IMG/VR virus record: IMGVR_UViG_3300028833_000001
Coordinates: 287,171-351,170 of that record
Source of the DNA: a virus
Lineage: Duplodnaviria > Heunggongvirae > Uroviricota > Caudoviricetes
Length of the DNA: 64,000 nucleotides
Reading direction: 5' to 3' (one strand)
Below are positions 9,742 through 23,100 of the stretch, piece after piece (the stretch's first letter is position 1; each line of letters starts with the position of its first letter). A model generated the notes under the pieces. The model saw nothing but the letters and a program-made list of their open reading frames with translations. It was not told the origin of the DNA and did no database searches. The position numbers and the translations under genes are program-made.

Positions 9742-12701
9742 TGGCAAAAAGTAATCAATATATTAAAACAAAAGCCAATTATACGTTAGTCAAAAAACAC
9801 ATGACAACGTATAGTGGAGATATTTTTGAACAGGACCATCTTACAATATCTGCTCCGTATGATGGGGTGTATGATGACTCCGTTACTATGTTTTCCGATT
9901 CAAATTTTAAATTTAGAATCAGGGGTAAAGAAAATGCAAAGAAAAAACATTTTAACGGAAATTGGTTAGAGTCTGATAATGGGTCAACATATTGGACAGA
10001 GGCAGATTGCAATCAAGTCAATACATCAGAGACTTCAATTAAACTTAAACCGAATTACACATCATTAAAGGATTTTGCTTATTTTGGGTCGGCAAGCCAA
10101 TTAGTTAAGGCTACAATTACAGATATAATTATGCATTATCCAGGTGGAATATATTATTTAGGTGATTCATACCCAATTGATGTTAATGGTGACACATATT
10201 ATTTGGTTGCTAACGATTTTGATATTGATATAATGTCGATGGGGTGTGTTTTCGACGAAGAGGAAAACCCGATGAGAGTTTTAAGTGCTTCGTTGGATAA
10301 ATACAATTTCAAAACCACAGACAAAAAATTAACCGAACTGACATTTGAATATATAAATGGATTATGTAATGGCGAAATTTTAGGAAAATCAACAATTGTG
10401 AGTGATGGCGGTGCAGTTGTGTTATATGTTTATTTGGACAAAAACGGAGAAAAAAAGATATTAACCGATGACCCTGGAGCTTTTGGTAATCCTATAATTG
10501 TACCAACAAAAGAAGTTTTTGATGAAATGTATGATTCGTTAGATGATTTTTCAAAGGTTTTACTTGATTATACAACGAATCCATTGTTTGTGGCAAAATT
10601 TGATACCCCACATTTTAATCGCGACGGTAGATATTGGGTACTAGAAAAATATATATTTCCAAGTATTACCAGTTCAGACGGTAAATTTTTCAGTCCAAGA
10701 ACATCTGGCCCAGCATTTTCTGGGTATTTTGCCAAACTAATGGCATTGGCTGAATCTTTGGATGAGTTTGATTCTAATAATTTGATTAGAATGTTGACTC
10801 ACGAATCAATTTTGAATTTGGATTGGAGTGTATTAAACACGAAATATGCCGATGACGAAGATAATTCTGTTGACAACTCCAGAATTAAAGCTATGCTTGA
10901 AATTTATGCTAGACAGTTTGATGACATAAAAAGATATGCTGACAACGTTAAAAACACTACTAAAATTTCGTATAATGAATCTAGTAATGTTCCTGACTAT
11001 TTTCTTTCTGATAAAGCGAATAATGATGGGTGGGATTTGCCAAATATGGCCCCAATAGAGGATACAAGTATATACACTAATGTTTTATACCCGCAATCAA
11101 TGTCTGTCGGGTACAATAGTTCTGATTATAATATAGAGTTTGAAAGAAGACTAATACTTAATAGTCGGTTCATAAAATCATTAAGGGGTACGAGATATGG
11201 TGTTGAAACGCTTCTTGGCTTGCTTGGATTGAAAAATGGCGCAAAGGAAACAGACCAATCCATAAACACTGGTTTGACAGCTGGATATTATGAATTGCAT
11301 GAACATATTGCGGTTGCAACTACATTTCCGTCATTAATAGACATTAATTTAGCCATTGAAAATAGCGATGATTATGACGAAACTTATTCTCAATATTTTG
11401 ATTACCCAATAGCTATCGTAAACAGGGGTGAAACGCCTAGTGCAAATTTTGTTGTTCCGTGGTACGACAGAAAAAATAGCTATACAAATTATATGTACTT
11501 TCAGATGAATGGAGGTTGGGGGCACGTTCCGTCTAAAAAAATTAATCTTGAAATTAGTACGGCTTCGTCAATAACGGAAACTGCAATAACATCAATCTAC
11601 GATGAAACTATACAATATTTGAAGTATGCCACCACAATAGATGAGTTGACTGGATACACGCAATCAAATATTAGGAGAAACATGGTTTGTTATGTCGAAA
11701 ATATAGAGGGTATTTACGGTGGATACAATGCGGATGAGGAAGATAAGGCTATAATAGAAGAAACTAGTGGCGAATGTTTTTCTCACTATTTTATATTGAA
11801 AAACACAGCGTTGTCTCCGTTTATAGGATTTGTAACTCCAGATGAAAGTGGGGGGAAATATAATTGTTATGGGTGGAGAAACGTATTCAGACATGAATTT
11901 GATGGAACATCGGCCATAACTTGCGATGGAACTTGCGTTTTGTATTTAGAATCAATACAATCGGATAACAGTGGAAATAACATGCACGCTGGATTTGGTG
12001 AATATGACGATGGGTTAGAATATCTTGAATATTTCAATCAAATTTTTAAAAACAAATTAGAAAATAACCAATTTTCACTAGTTTCGTCAAACGATGGGGC
12101 AGACCTACCAATTTCAATTGACACAATTAAAAATATTGGGTTTAATGTTGATTTTAATTTAGTTGTTGACGATACAAAATGCCATTGTTTCATTAATACA
12201 GATTCAACTGGAATAGAAATAATTGACCCGTCTGTGCTTGGAGATGATGCGAATGATAGCGAACAGACTGATAGTGAAACTTTGGTTATAGTTGGCGATG
12301 AAGTTGACGATGATATGGATTTAACAAATTGGGATGATATATATGATTCTTTTGTTAATCCTATTGATGGTGGTGATTCAGTTGATGAAATGGCTGCTCT
12401 ATCGGTTATTAATGTTAAAAATACAAATATTAATTTTATAACGAACAATAATATTCATTATAGGGAATACATACAATATATCATAATACCTTTATTAGAG
12501 CAAATGATTCCGTCTACAACGATTTTTTCATACACATTTGACGGAGAAGAAAGCCCAGCAATTGCTGAACCGTTTAGTAATGCTCAACCAATTTCAATAA
12601 CCACATTGTATGCCGATGCTGCTGTTCCGTCAGAATATGAACCATTGACCGAGTTTGACATCAATACAAATACAATACCGACAATAATAGAAGTAGAATA
12701 A
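9741..12701 (+). CDS. probable baseplate wedge protein
   Basis: 986 aa. The segment NVPDYFL...GW...RRLILNSRFIKSLRGTRYGVETLLGLLG resembles the KGT..G.E.LL motif of P2 gpI-type wedge proteins. Confidence 0.5.
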   Translation: MAKSNQYIKTKANYTLVKKHMTTYSGDIFEQDHLTISAPYDGVYDDSVTMFSDSNFKFRIRGKENAKKKHFNGNWLESDNGSTYWTEADCNQVNTSETSIKLKPNYTSLKDFAYFGSASQLVKATITDIIMHYPGGIYYLGDSYPIDVNGDTYYLVANDFDIDIMSMGCVFDEEENPMRVLSASLDKYNFKTTDKKLTELTFEYINGLCNGEILGKSTIVSDGGAVVLYVYLDKNGEKKILTDDPGAFGNPIIVPTKEVFDEMYDSLDDFSKVLLDYTTNPLFVAKFDTPHFNRDGRYWVLEKYIFPSITSSDGKFFSPRTSGPAFSGYFAKLMALAESLDEFDSNNLIRMLTHESILNLDWSVLNTKYADDEDNSVDNSRIKAMLEIYARQFDDIKRYADNVKNTTKISYNESSNVPDYFLSDKANNDGWDLPNMAPIEDTSIYTNVLYPQSMSVGYNSSDYNIEFERRLILNSRFIKSLRGTRYGVETLLGLLGLKNGAKETDQSINTGLTAGYYELHEHIAVATTFPSLIDINLAIENSDDYDETYSQYFDYPIAIVNRGETPSANFVVPWYDRKNSYTNYMYFQMNGGWGHVPSKKINLEISTASSITETAITSIYDETIQYLKYATTIDELTGYTQSNIRRNMVCYVENIEGIYGGYNADEEDKAIIEETSGECFSHYFILKNTALSPFIGFVTPDESGGKYNCYGWRNVFRHEFDGTSAITCDGTCVLYLESIQSDNSGNNMHAGFGEYDDGLEYLEYFNQIFKNKLENNQFSLVSSNDGADLPISIDTIKNIGFNVDFNLVVDDTKCHCFINTDSTGIEIIDPSVLGDDANDSEQTDSETLVIVGDEVDDDMDLTNWDDIYDSFVNPIDGGDSVDEMAALSVINVKNTNINFITNNNIHYREYIQYIIIPLLEQMIPSTTIFSYTFDGEESPAIAEPFSNAQPISITTLYADAAVPSEYEPLTEFDINTNTIPTIIEVE

Positions 12702-12714
12702 ACACTATACATAT

Positions 12715-13791
12715 ATGGCTAGAATATTTAGTTGGAAAATAACAAACGGTAAGTACGCCTATCTTGTTAAAGATGAGGAAAATAACACTTATATTAGAAA
12801 TAGAATAAACGACAGCCTTACATTATTGGCTTTTTCAAAAACAATTTTAGGCTTTAGTGAAAATCAATATATGGCTGAATATAATAACCTAAGGAATGAA
12901 GTATTAAGCCTTTACGGGAAAGATATTGGTAGTGATTATAGCGTATATTATGATACTGGAGAAGATGGAGGCTCTAACAGGCTAATACTTTTAACTGGAA
13001 AAGATGGTGAAAATGCAAGTAGTGTACAAAACAATAATGGAGTCATATCTAATAATGATTATGAGACTTTATCTAGTATTATAGACACCAGAATTGACGA
13101 ATATCAAGAAAGGGAAAATTTGTTACGAGACGATGTTAAGGAATATATTGAAGCTTCTATAGGCTCATCAGTGTCAAATGCTATGGAAAATATAATTGCG
13201 ACAAACGCAAGACTAGATGCATTACAATTAGAAGTTAATGATGTCATATCCAACGACTCTGATATAATTAATGCAATTGATGTTTTTACTGGCGCAACGC
13301 AAAACAATATGGCAACACTTTTGTCAGACACAACTGCGTTGAAAGGTTGGATGAATGATTATAGTGGAAGTATCAGTGGAATTGTTCATGATTATAATGA
13401 GGCAAATTATACAATTGGTTCTATGGATGGGGCCAACCCTTCTAGTGGCTTATTCGCCAATATTGGAACATGTTTCAACAAATTAAACAATAAAATAGGT
13501 AAAGTTGAATCTCAATGCTATGAATTATCTGGCACTGTAGAAACTATAAGAAAACCTATATCGAACGATGATATAACTCAAATATTATCTTCAAAGTCTG
13601 TAATAAATAAAGATTCGTGCGTGCAGCAATTATCTTCAGAAGATGGGATTGTTTTTAAATATAGCGACAACGCTTTTATGTCGTTTTTGAGCGGCGAAAT
13701 AACACTACAATCTGGCGATTATGGACTGAAAATAACTAATGATGGTATTTTTGTAAGAAAAAAAGGTGGTGATTACATAAAACAAAAATAG
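12715..13791 (+). CDS. hypothetical coiled-coil tail/fibre-associated protein
   Basis: 358 aa with a heptad-like centre and a beta-rich C-terminus. Ends at TAG followed by a terminator. Confidence 0.5.
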   Translation: MARIFSWKITNGKYAYLVKDEENNTYIRNRINDSLTLLAFSKTILGFSENQYMAEYNNLRNEVLSLYGKDIGSDYSVYYDTGEDGGSNRLILLTGKDGENASSVQNNNGVISNNDYETLSSIIDTRIDEYQERENLLRDDVKEYIEASIGSSVSNAMENIIATNARLDALQLEVNDVISNDSDIINAIDVFTGATQNNMATLLSDTTALKGWMNDYSGSISGIVHDYNEANYTIGSMDGANPSSGLFANIGTCFNKLNNKIGKVESQCYELSGTVETIRKPISNDDITQILSSKSVINKDSCVQQLSSEDGIVFKYSDNAFMSFLSGEITLQSGDYGLKITNDGIFVRKKGGDYIKQK

Positions 13792-13801
13792 AATAAAAAA
13801 T

Positions 13802-13834
13802 GCGTGGCAAATAAAATGCCACGCTTGTTTTTTT
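13802..13834 (+). terminator. intrinsic terminator
   Basis: Hairpin GCGTGGCA-aataaaa-TGCCACGC followed by a T-run. Confidence 0.85.
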
Positions 13835-13841
13835 ATGACAA

Positions 13842-13850
13842 ACTATTTAT
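13842..13850 (+). promoter_or_regulatory. putative late promoter motif ACTATTTAT
   Basis: The same motif recurs upstream of at least 8 other genes (see findings). Confidence 0.5.
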
Positions 13851-13895
13851 GTTAAATGAATAATAACCACAAGACTTCAATATAACAACATATAC

Positions 13896-14870
13896 ATGGC
13901 AAGAATAGTTGTAAATCCCCATAGAGATACTGAAAGTGTAATAAGACATGAGCAGAGTAAAGGCAAAATACTTAATAACAGAGGGGAGATTTTAATTTGT
14001 AACGAGCCTGGAAACGAGGGGGTATACGTTTTAAATTCAAGGCATGAACTTGTCAAAGTTGGAACTAATTTATCAACAGCAACAAGCGCTATAACTAAAG
14101 AATATATCGACCAAAGAATTGTTGAATTAATGTCTGGCTATAGCGGAACAAGTATTGATGAAAATGTCGTTAGACAGATAGCTAATGACAGTGTTAATAC
14201 GGCTATAGAAGAGTTAATTGATAATGCTGATGAGAGGTATAATACACTTGGCAAAATTTCTGAGTGGATTATTAATAATTCTGGTTCCGATGTTACTTGG
14301 GTTATTGATAGTATTTCAGCGCTTACAGAAAATATTACTAACATTGAAAATGATGTTTCTGGTATAACAGAAAACATGTCAGGTCTTGATAATAGAGTTG
14401 GGTATCTTGAAGGGGTTGTTTCAGGCAAAAGTACAGACCATTTTGTGATGACTTTAAGTCAATATCAAGAATTATTGACAAACGGTATTGTTAATGTGGA
14501 CAAATATGGCACAATAACATATAATGATGACCATTTTTATTGTATATATGAAGATGATACCCCTCAACCAACACCATCAAGTGGAACTATTATAATGAGT
14601 GGCGACACAATAAGTTTTGATGCAAATTATCCGTATGAAAATGGCGAAGTTCCATCACTATACATAGGAGAAATAGAAACATCTGGAAATGGTGTAGTTC
14701 AAGTTGATTGGCTCATTGATAACGGAAATGATGATAGTCAAACTGAAGATGTTGATATAGAAGGTGATAGAATATCAATTAGCAATGCAGTTTATAACTC
14801 TGGTGAACTAAACATAGGAACAATAAACGATAATAAATATGGTATTGTTGATGTACCATGGGAAATTTAA
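13896..14870 (+). CDS. putative tail fibre-related protein
   Basis: 324 aa. Has an N-terminal GEI.. motif, a NTLGKISEWI segment related to other fibres here, and a coiled coil. Confidence 0.5.
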   Translation: MARIVVNPHRDTESVIRHEQSKGKILNNRGEILICNEPGNEGVYVLNSRHELVKVGTNLSTATSAITKEYIDQRIVELMSGYSGTSIDENVVRQIANDSVNTAIEELIDNADERYNTLGKISEWIINNSGSDVTWVIDSISALTENITNIENDVSGITENMSGLDNRVGYLEGVVSGKSTDHFVMTLSQYQELLTNGIVNVDKYGTITYNDDHFYCIYEDDTPQPTPSSGTIIMSGDTISFDANYPYENGEVPSLYIGEIETSGNGVVQVDWLIDNGNDDSQTEDVDIEGDRISISNAVYNSGELNIGTINDNKYGIVDVPWEI

Positions 14871-14907
14871 ATTAGAAGTGAATAATAAGTAAAAAAGAAA
14901 TAAAAAT

Positions 14908-16947
14908 ATGTCATACGTAAAACAATTTAGAGCAAAAGCAAAAGATACTGGCGCAGATGTAATTCTTGATATTTATGCTTCATCAGCAGATACATCTATA
15001 AGCGCAGTAACTTCTTTAAATACAGAAGCTATTGGTAATGTTGAAAAATACTCAGAATATGATGGTGAGAAATATCATGAAGGTTTGACATTTGTCAATG
15101 GAGCACAAAGAGGTGTGATAGAGCTAAATGATAAGGGTAATTTGGCTGTGGAATCGTTATCAAAGCATCTTAACCTTGAATCAGCAAAGGGTGTGCAAAT
15201 TAAACCAACAACAAACATAATATTAGACTCAACAAGAAGAATTGTTTCAAATAAGGGTAACGAAATTCAAGTAGAAGCAAAGTTTGATGATTATGGAAAA
15301 GTAACTGGTTTTGACGGCTCTGATGAACCTTGGGCGGAATTAAAAATAAACTCAAGAAATCTTGATTTACGCTGTCACGACCACGGTGGAATTGCATTGC
15401 AAATTGCTGGGCACGATGGAAGCGGTTTTGAAAATAAAATAAAATTTGAAAGCGATAGAACAACGCAAATCGGTGCGACAAAACATTACAGTGGAGAAGG
15501 CGGAAAAGGCCTTGAATTTGGAACCTTTAATAATGAACATGCATCTCTTTTCTGTGGTGATTATAGATTTAAGGGGGACGCTAATGTATATGGAGTAACA
15601 AGACAAACACCAACACAAACGTCAACTGGAAAAATAGATTACCCAACACAAAATGATGATTTTAAGGATGTTATAGACCCAACAAAGGCTGCTACTTGGA
15701 ATGAAATTATAGATGCAGCTAAAAAATGTGCAAATCTTGATGAAACTGTTAGGGCTGAAGTTGCAAAAGCGGCTTTGAGTGGCGAAATAGACACTAGTAT
15801 ATTCGTTACTAAGAGCGATGTTAACGATATTGTAGCGTCCGCAATAAGCGAAGCACATATTGATTTAACTGGGCTAGCAACAGAAGAGTGGGTTCTTGAC
15901 CAAAATTATATTGACGCTTTACCAGATGGTGTTCAATATATTAAAATGGGTAAGAGCAAAGGCAATTTCGCCGTTGATGTTACTGGCAAATATACTTGGG
16001 AGTTAACAAGTCCTAAATCAGCAACGACAGTTGATGAATATGATGATGTACACGCAAAAGGTGATAGGGTTATAAATTACACAAATGAAGCGTTTTATAC
16101 CGACCCAAATAAGGTGTACTACAAAGCTGGAATGGAGACCAAACTAGCTGATAACGTTACTGTTGTACCAGCAGATACAATTGTTTACAACCAAGCATGT
16201 AATTTAACATTTGATGTTCCTGAAGGTGCATATCAATATTTCCCATGCACAAGTGCAGATACATCATTTTATGAGGACCCAACTAAATTTGCTTATAAAT
16301 GCCTAATTAAGGACTCTTTAGATTTTGAAGGAAATCCAAGGCCGAAAAAATATATGGTTGATGGTGCTGGCCTTTCTGAATCAGCAATTACATATTATAA
16401 CAGTAAAGCAACAGTTTATGATGAAGATGGTGTTACCGTTTTAGTTCCTGGCGAATGGGAACGTGTTGATGTTTGGAAAAAATCGACATTGTGGTCACAA
16501 AACGAAATCAACATTAACCTTGAAACAGATAGTAAAATAAAATTTGCTGGAAAGAAAATAGAAACTGTATGGACCTATGATGATGTAGACCATAAAATGG
16601 ATGATATTTTACTTTCAACCAATACATTATCTACAGATGCAAATGAAGTTGTGTTTGAACAAAAGATTTCTAAAAACGGTGATAGAGAAGGCCAAGATAG
16701 TGAAATAGTGTATTCATTTGGAAATAATGTTGCTGACACTGAAAAGGTTCCAGATTTTGAAGCGTTTAAGGCAAATTACAACGGAAAGCATACACCAAAA
16801 ACAGATGAAGAACTACAATCAATGTATGATGCTTTCTTAGCTGAAGGTCAATCGTTTGAAATTAGGGTAAAAGTAAGTGAACTTCTTGGATTGGTTTCCA
16901 GGGTTGCTGAACTTGAAGCAAGGTTGAATGCATTAGAAAATAATTAA
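14908..16947 (+). CDS. putative tail fibre/spike protein
   Basis: 679 aa, beta-rich, with LTGLATEEWV and a C-terminal coiled coil (RVAELEARLNALE) typical of fibres. Confidence 0.5.
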   Translation: MSYVKQFRAKAKDTGADVILDIYASSADTSISAVTSLNTEAIGNVEKYSEYDGEKYHEGLTFVNGAQRGVIELNDKGNLAVESLSKHLNLESAKGVQIKPTTNIILDSTRRIVSNKGNEIQVEAKFDDYGKVTGFDGSDEPWAELKINSRNLDLRCHDHGGIALQIAGHDGSGFENKIKFESDRTTQIGATKHYSGEGGKGLEFGTFNNEHASLFCGDYRFKGDANVYGVTRQTPTQTSTGKIDYPTQNDDFKDVIDPTKAATWNEIIDAAKKCANLDETVRAEVAKAALSGEIDTSIFVTKSDVNDIVASAISEAHIDLTGLATEEWVLDQNYIDALPDGVQYIKMGKSKGNFAVDVTGKYTWELTSPKSATTVDEYDDVHAKGDRVINYTNEAFYTDPNKVYYKAGMETKLADNVTVVPADTIVYNQACNLTFDVPEGAYQYFPCTSADTSFYEDPTKFAYKCLIKDSLDFEGNPRPKKYMVDGAGLSESAITYYNSKATVYDEDGVTVLVPGEWERVDVWKKSTLWSQNEININLETDSKIKFAGKKIETVWTYDDVDHKMDDILLSTNTLSTDANEVVFEQKISKNGDREGQDSEIVYSFGNNVADTEKVPDFEAFKANYNGKHTPKTDEELQSMYDAFLAEGQSFEIRVKVSELLGLVSRVAELEARLNALENN

Positions 16948-16961
16948 TATATTGTTTATAA

Positions 16962-17141
16962 ATGATAATTCACGGTAAACAAGAAATAATTGACTTATAT
17001 CATGGTGCACTTCAATTAATAGAAGTGTACCATGGTAAATTATTGATTTATAAGTTAAAAAAGGAAATAGATTCATGTTTTGGTAATGGGTATTGGATTA
17101 ACAATTTACCGTGGTTAAATACAGATGGGTGGAAAAATTAA
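16962..17141 (+). CDS. small 59-aa protein (SCFGNGYW...PW...GWKN), missed by the ORF track
   Basis: Translated by hand: MIIHGKQEIIDLYHGALQLIEVYHGKLLIYKLKKEIDSCFGNGYWINNLPWLNTDGWKN. Fills the gap before the giant gene. Confidence 0.75.
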   Translation: MIIHGKQEIIDLYHGALQLIEVYHGKLLIYKLKKEIDSCFGNGYWINNLPWLNTDGWKN

Positions 17142-17179
17142 ATTTTATTAATAACAAACAATATTTTCATTAAGGAAGA

Positions 17180-20100
17180 ATGGCAAAAACGTATAACGGA
17201 AATATTACAAAGCATACTGATTGGGGCGGGGATGCCTCAACAAGCGGATTACCAGTAAGCGGAAAAATCGTACAGCAATTTATAAAAGATGAACTTGATA
17301 GCAAGATTGGCGCTTTCTACAAACCAGAAGGCAGCACAACAATATATTCGTTTCCAGACGATGAAACTAAAGAAGCTTATATTCTAACTGGAGATGAATC
17401 ACTGATTATTGATAGTTTTGAAACAGTGTCAAAATATAATGTTGTCATCAATCAAGAAGGCCTTGATTTGTCGCATAGTGTTTTAGCTGGTTCTACTGGA
17501 AATACGGTTGAATTTTCTTTTAAGATAGTTGACGATAACAACATGAGTTCTGACGCGTCAGCTAAAATTGAGTTTTCTATTACTGGGTCTGGTATTAATA
17601 ATAAATTCACGACAGAAGTTGCTGTTGCGGCTGGAGAATGGACCGTTGTACGGGAAAATATAGATAAATATTTGAGAACTGGGGCAAATAGTGTGTCAAT
17701 TAAGATTGTAGGTTTGACAACGTTTACAACCACACAATTTATTATGACATATAATTTGTTTGATTTAACTTTTATCCCTAATTTTGAATATCAGACAGTC
17801 AAAACTGGTAACACAATTTCTGTTCCTTATATTATTGCTTGTAGTGATACAAAATACCTGGAATTTTATATTGATGGAGAACAAGTTCATAGTTCAGAAT
17901 CTGAAACAATCACAGATATTAGAAAAGATGGGACTGCGACTTTGAATATATCTAATTTGTCGATAGGCCAACATTCATTGCAGGTTAGAGCGTATGTACG
18001 TTCAGGAGACGGAACGGTTTTTTATACACCGATACATTTTTATACGTTTGCAAAATATGGCGAAACATCCCCGTCGTTTTTGTTTTATAAAGAATTACCA
18101 AATGACAATGCTATTGTTTTAAATAATGAGGTTTTAACCATTACTGGAAACCAGTTTGAAGAAATATCGTTCGATTGGTCTTTATATGATTATCTCGAAA
18201 GAAAAACCACTGTTTATTTTGAATTTAATGGTCTTGTAATCGGTAATACTGTTGTTTTGTCAAATGGTGTGCTAAATTCATTTTCATATAGGCCTATGGA
18301 TTTCGGTACCAATTTGCCTTTGCGTGTATATGCATATAATGAAAATGATGCGTTACTATTCGATTATTTGATTCATGTCAACGTAATTGAAGCCGTTGGC
18401 GGTATTAAGGAAACTAAAGATGGTTTGCTATTAAAATTACAAGCTATAGGAAGAAGAAACACTGATTTGGATAAAGATGTTTGGTCTTGTGTTGGCAGCG
18501 ATGGGCAAACATATAAGGCGACATTTAATGGTTTTGCGTGGAATTCACAACAGGGATGGAATGAAGAACACGAGGCTCTTGTAGTGTCAAACGGGGCCAC
18601 TGTTGATTTTAATATCCAGCCAATGATATCTGACTGGGCAATTAACGGCGGAACATTTGAAATTGATTTAGAAACTTTCGATATTGATGATGATAATGCA
18701 GTAATTTGCGAATGCGCTGATGAAGTTAACGCATCAATGTTCAGAATTACAGCAACAAAAGCTGAAATATCCACAAACCAAGGGGTTTCAATTAATACGA
18801 GATATAAAGATAATGAAAAATTAAAAATATCCTTTATATGTAATAGGTCTGGAAATTTCGATGACGGAAATCTGTTATACATAATGGTTAATGGGGTGTT
18901 GGAACGTGCAGCATTATATCTTGATAGCGACAGTGTAAGGTCGTTGGGTTATTTAAAAATTGGCGACCCAACTGGAAACAGTAAAGTTAGAGTTAAATCG
19001 ATAAGAGTATACAATAGAGCAATTTCAATTGATGAAGCATTTAACAATTATGTTGTTGATTCTCCTAATGTTCAAGAGATTTACGATAAAAATGACGTTT
19101 TAGGCGCTGGAACAACTGAAGTTGGTTTTGATGAGGTAGCTAATAAAATTCCAGTAATGATTTTTACTGGCAATATGGATGATTTAAGGACTAATGGGCA
19201 AGATAAGGAGTGGAGGTATTTTGATGTTGAATATGTTAACAGACAAACACCAGAATTAAATTTTGTTTCATTTAACTGTAGACTAAAATTACAAGGTACA
19301 TCGTCTTTAGGCTATCCTCGTAAAAACTTTAAATTAAGCACTAAAGAGTCTGATTTTACACAGGAAATGTATGAGGCTTCAAATTACGAACTTGACCCTG
19401 ATAGTACTATAGGTAATAAAATGCTTCGTAATAAGAGGACACATGAATTGATTGATTTTGATGATTTTAAGAATGGTGGAACATTACACAATAGCTATTG
19501 TTTTACACTAGATTCAGATGGAAAGGCACTTAAAAAAGGTAAATATAAATTTAAAAAGGGTGCTCATAAAGCAAATAAATGGACATTGAAGGCCGATTTT
19601 ATGGAATCTTCATGCTCACACAATGTCGGAGCTGGTAGAAGTTGGAACGATATCTTTGAAAATACAGAACTATTAGCCAATGGAGATGCTTCTTACACTA
19701 ATCACACATATAGAGATGAGGCATTGGTAAGCAATAGCCCATATTTGAATTACACTAGACAAGACGGTGTTCATTGTTTTATTGAGAACAACACACAAGC
19801 TATTAAAGACCAAAAAAAATATGTTTGTAGGACAGATGCCCAAAAGATTTGTATTGCAAATTTGAGCAATGGAGTTGATGATATTAGAACAGCAATCGAT
19901 GGATTTCCTATGGTTTGTTTTTACAGAACATCACATGCAGCAAACGATTTGGTTTTCATGGGCCAATATAATTTCATTGACGACAAGGGTTCTTATGAGG
20001 TGTTTGGATTTGAAGACATTGAAGACCCAGATGATGATAGTACTATGATTTATGATGCCGATAAAGTTGAATGCTGGGAAGGGTTAAAAAACACTAATCC

Positions 20101-23100
20101 AATTTCATTATTCAAGGTGTCAGACACATTTTACGATACTGTTGATTTGGGTGACGGTAAAACCATATATAAATGGGAAGAAACTTATGAGTCAAGATAT
20201 CCAGACCCAGATGATTATGGTAAACCAGGGAAAAAACAATACAATCCAGAAGCGTTATATGAATTAACCAAATGGCTTGTATCGACCAGACATGAATCCG
20301 ATAATATAAATTCAATCAATAGTTCTAATACCATAACAATTGACAGTTCTTTTGCTGAACGTATTAATGAGTACCAATATGGTTATACACCAGATACAGC
20401 TAGTAATTATATTTATGACAGTGGTACAATGCCAGATACCCCAGAAAACAGACAAAAGAAATTCAACACTGAAAAATGGGAGCATTTTGACGTGTGGAAA
20501 CTTGCTGGGTATTATATATTCTTAATGAGATATGGAGCTGTTGACCAATTTGTTAAAAATACAATGCTGTTTACTGATGGTAACGGAAAATATGATTTAA
20601 GAACTGATAAAAAATATAGGAAATGGTTCTTTATTAACTATGATAATGACTGTTTGTTTGGATTGAGGAATAACGGACAGTTAGCGTTTGATTGGACGCT
20701 TGATAGACAGACAATCGATTCCGCTTCTGATATAATAGTTGACGACCAGGCCGATAATGACGATTCTAATAATGCGTATGCTATGATGGGCCACGATTCT
20801 ACATTGTGGAACAATCTTGAACGCGATGATGAATTTATGAGAATGGTTCGTGATTTGGATTACTCGATGAGTAAATACAAATTAAATTACGATAACATGG
20901 TTACCGAATTTGATACCAACCAAACTGAACGTTGGTGTGAAAGAATTTACAATGCCAACGAAAAATACAAATATATTAACTCAGCAAAGGGTATTGGTGA
21001 TATGAGCGGAAGCCCAGTAAACAACTTGTGGATGCTACAGGGTACGAGAAGGTCACATAGACACTGGTGGATAGCTAACCATTTTAACTTACTTGATGCA
21101 CGTTGGTTGTCAGGAGATTATAAAAATACTTATGTTGAGATTAAAACTAACTGTAAAGCTGGGACCGCGATACATGCAGTCGCTTCAATGAAATATTATT
21201 ACGCTTGGGGTCAACAAAAGAAAATATACGAAAGTAATATGGTGCGCAATGAGGGCGAACCAATCGATTTTATTTTCGATACAGACCAATCACAAGGCGA
21301 CCCAGTATATATTTATGCGTTTAATAAGTTTTCTGAACTTGATTTTTCAGAAATTGCACCGTTAGCGTATGAGGGTTGTTTTAAGTTTGTTCTTGGCGAC
21401 ACATTAGTATCAAACAGCCTTAAAAAGTTAGTACTTGGTAATCCTTCTGTTGTTAATAATGCCGCCCAAGACACAACGACTTGGATTAATTTACCTAATT
21501 TGGAATATCTCGATATAACTAATTGGGCAGGTATTACAAGCGTTCCGTTACATGCATTTAACAATTTAACAGTATTTAAGGCTGGTGGGTCAAGAATTGG
21601 CTCATTTGAGCCTTCTGAAGGTTCTAATTTTTCACAGGTTGTATTGCCGACAACAATTAGACATATTAACTTAAATAACGTTAAATTTGGTAATAATATG
21701 AACCAAAATTTGGAATATACACCAAATACTACGTTAGATAATTTAATTATAAGTAATAATGACGGTGTTGGGTTAAATTATTATAATAAATTAATATTGC
21801 CGTGGATTACCTCAATCGAAAATTCAGTGCAATCAGATTTATTGTATGCAAACAAAACATTATCAATTAACAATGTTGATTGGGTCTTTAATAATATGAA
21901 CTCCGTTCGTATTTTTAAGAACTTCAAGACCAAAGGAATGTCGTTTAATATTACTGGTAGAATTGATTTAACTCGTTGCGGTAATTTATCAATGGAAAAT
22001 ATTGATGAGTTAAAGGAAATTTTTGGTGAAAATTGCTTCAACCCAGTAACCGCTAAACTATATGTACTTACTCCAGAGAGTATTTTTATTCAATCCGATT
22101 CTGACCATATGGTTGCTGGACAAACAGCAATATTTCGTAGGGAAATTTATCCAGACGAAACATCTGTTGACGGTAAATTGCAATCGTTAAGATTTTTATT
22201 GGTTAAGGAAACGGACCAGGATAAATCAGATAACCCAGAAGTTATTGAGGATAATGTAACACAAAAGAGATATTTGGAATTGACTCCAGATGAAATTGAG
22301 GCTAAAAGACATGGATTGACACTGGTTAACAATGCTTTGTTAGCTGATTATGCAACGTTGTATGTGCCAGAAGAGGTGACAGGAGTGGATACTGAGTGTC
22401 TTGTTATGGTATATATGGATTTAACTGGTGGCGGAGAAAAAATAGCTGTAATGAATTTCACGATTAAAGACCCTACTTACGCCACAACAGCAACCATTAA
22501 CGGACAAACATCACAATACCATAACACTGAGTACGTTTATAGTATAGATTTAAGAACGCCAAGCAATAACGTTCCTATTGGAAGTTATACTGTTGAGTGG
22601 AGCCTATCTGGTAACGGTGTACAATACGTAGAATCAAGCGGTATCATAGATGGTAATCAATTAAGGTACAGTATTGTAATTGGAAATGACCAGCCAGAGG
22701 TATCAGAAGAAATGGTTTTACTGGCAAAAGTGTATAACCATAATGGCACGCAAGTCACTAGAACTGTTGAAATTCTCGTACTAAATGAAGAAGTTATTAT
22801 GACGTCGCAAAGCAACCAATTTGTTTTAAGTAGATTAAACGCAGCTGGTTGGACATCTGACCCTTATGCGACTGCAATGAAAAAACAAGAGGCAGAAGCT
22901 GTTACAGTCGAAATGTTTGCCAATGACATGCCGTTTTATCAACAGACGCCAGAAAATGGATTTTCTTTTACAGAATTACAGTATTTTACTGGTTTAACTA
23001 AATTGCCAGATAACGCATTTGCTGGTTCTAATATAAAACATATATCATTGCCATTAACAATGACTGGGCTTGGCATTTCTTGCTTTGAATCATGTTCAAT